This document shows, piece after piece, positions 63,742 to 64,000 of a stretch of 64,000 nt of DNA. The position numbers and the translations under genes were made by a program. The stretch lies in the NCBI GenBank assembly GCA_030264375.1, contig JASCQW010000119.1, forward strand, positions 7,864,026 through 7,928,025, written 5' to 3'. This DNA is from Carcharhinus longimanus. Lineage: Eukaryota. Each line of letters starts with the position of its first letter. Positions within the stretch are counted from its first letter, which is position 1. A model generated the notes under the pieces. It was not told the DNA's origin. It saw only the letters and a list, made by a program, of their open reading frames with translations, and did not search any database.

Positions 63742-64000
63742 AGGGTGGCACGGTAGCACACTGATTAGCAATGCTGTTTCACAGCTCCATGGATCTGGGT
63801 TCGATTCATGGGTTGCTGCCTGTGTGGAGTTTGCACATTCTCCTCGTGTCTGCGAGAGTTCCCACCGGATGCTCCAGTGTCCTTCTGCAGTCCAAAGGTG
63901 TGCGGGTTTGGTTGATTGGCCACGCTAAAATTGCCCGTTAGTGTCCTGAGATGCGTATGTAAGAGGGATTAGCAGGTAAAATATGTAGGGATATGAAGGT
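63742..64000 (+). mobile_element. V-SINE (HE1-like), runs off the window
   Basis: gggtggcacggtagcac head, B-box ggttcgatt, and V-domain tgtgtggagtttgcacattctcc…tccaaag…gattggcc. Confidence 0.9.

Overview
Eukaryotic, repeat-rich draft sequence with many N gaps. It is most likely from a cartilaginous fish (shark or ray), inferred from V-SINE/HE1-type SINEs, abundant CR1 LINEs and palindromic Penelope-type elements. Most of the window is degenerate, nested retroelements: a Gmr1-like LTR retrotransposon with integrase upstream of RT (~1-8520), an old endogenous retrovirus with pol and env and a probable gag (~9700-20200) interrupted by CR1 and Rex1/Babar LINEs, a Mag-type Gypsy element (~50800-55150), about ten CR1 fragments, Penelope remnants, SINEs, and a 90/180-bp satellite-like insertion with a 5-bp target-site duplication. 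The main non-TE signal is invisible to the ORF track: a + strand series of splice-site-flanked, phase-1 symmetric microexons between 24349 and 55755 that alternate 36 and 27 nt. Together they encode a stop-free, charged 21-residue (three-heptad) coiled-coil-like repeat of an unidentified host gene whose ends were not found. All family assignments come from motif recognition by eye, and TE boundaries are approximate.
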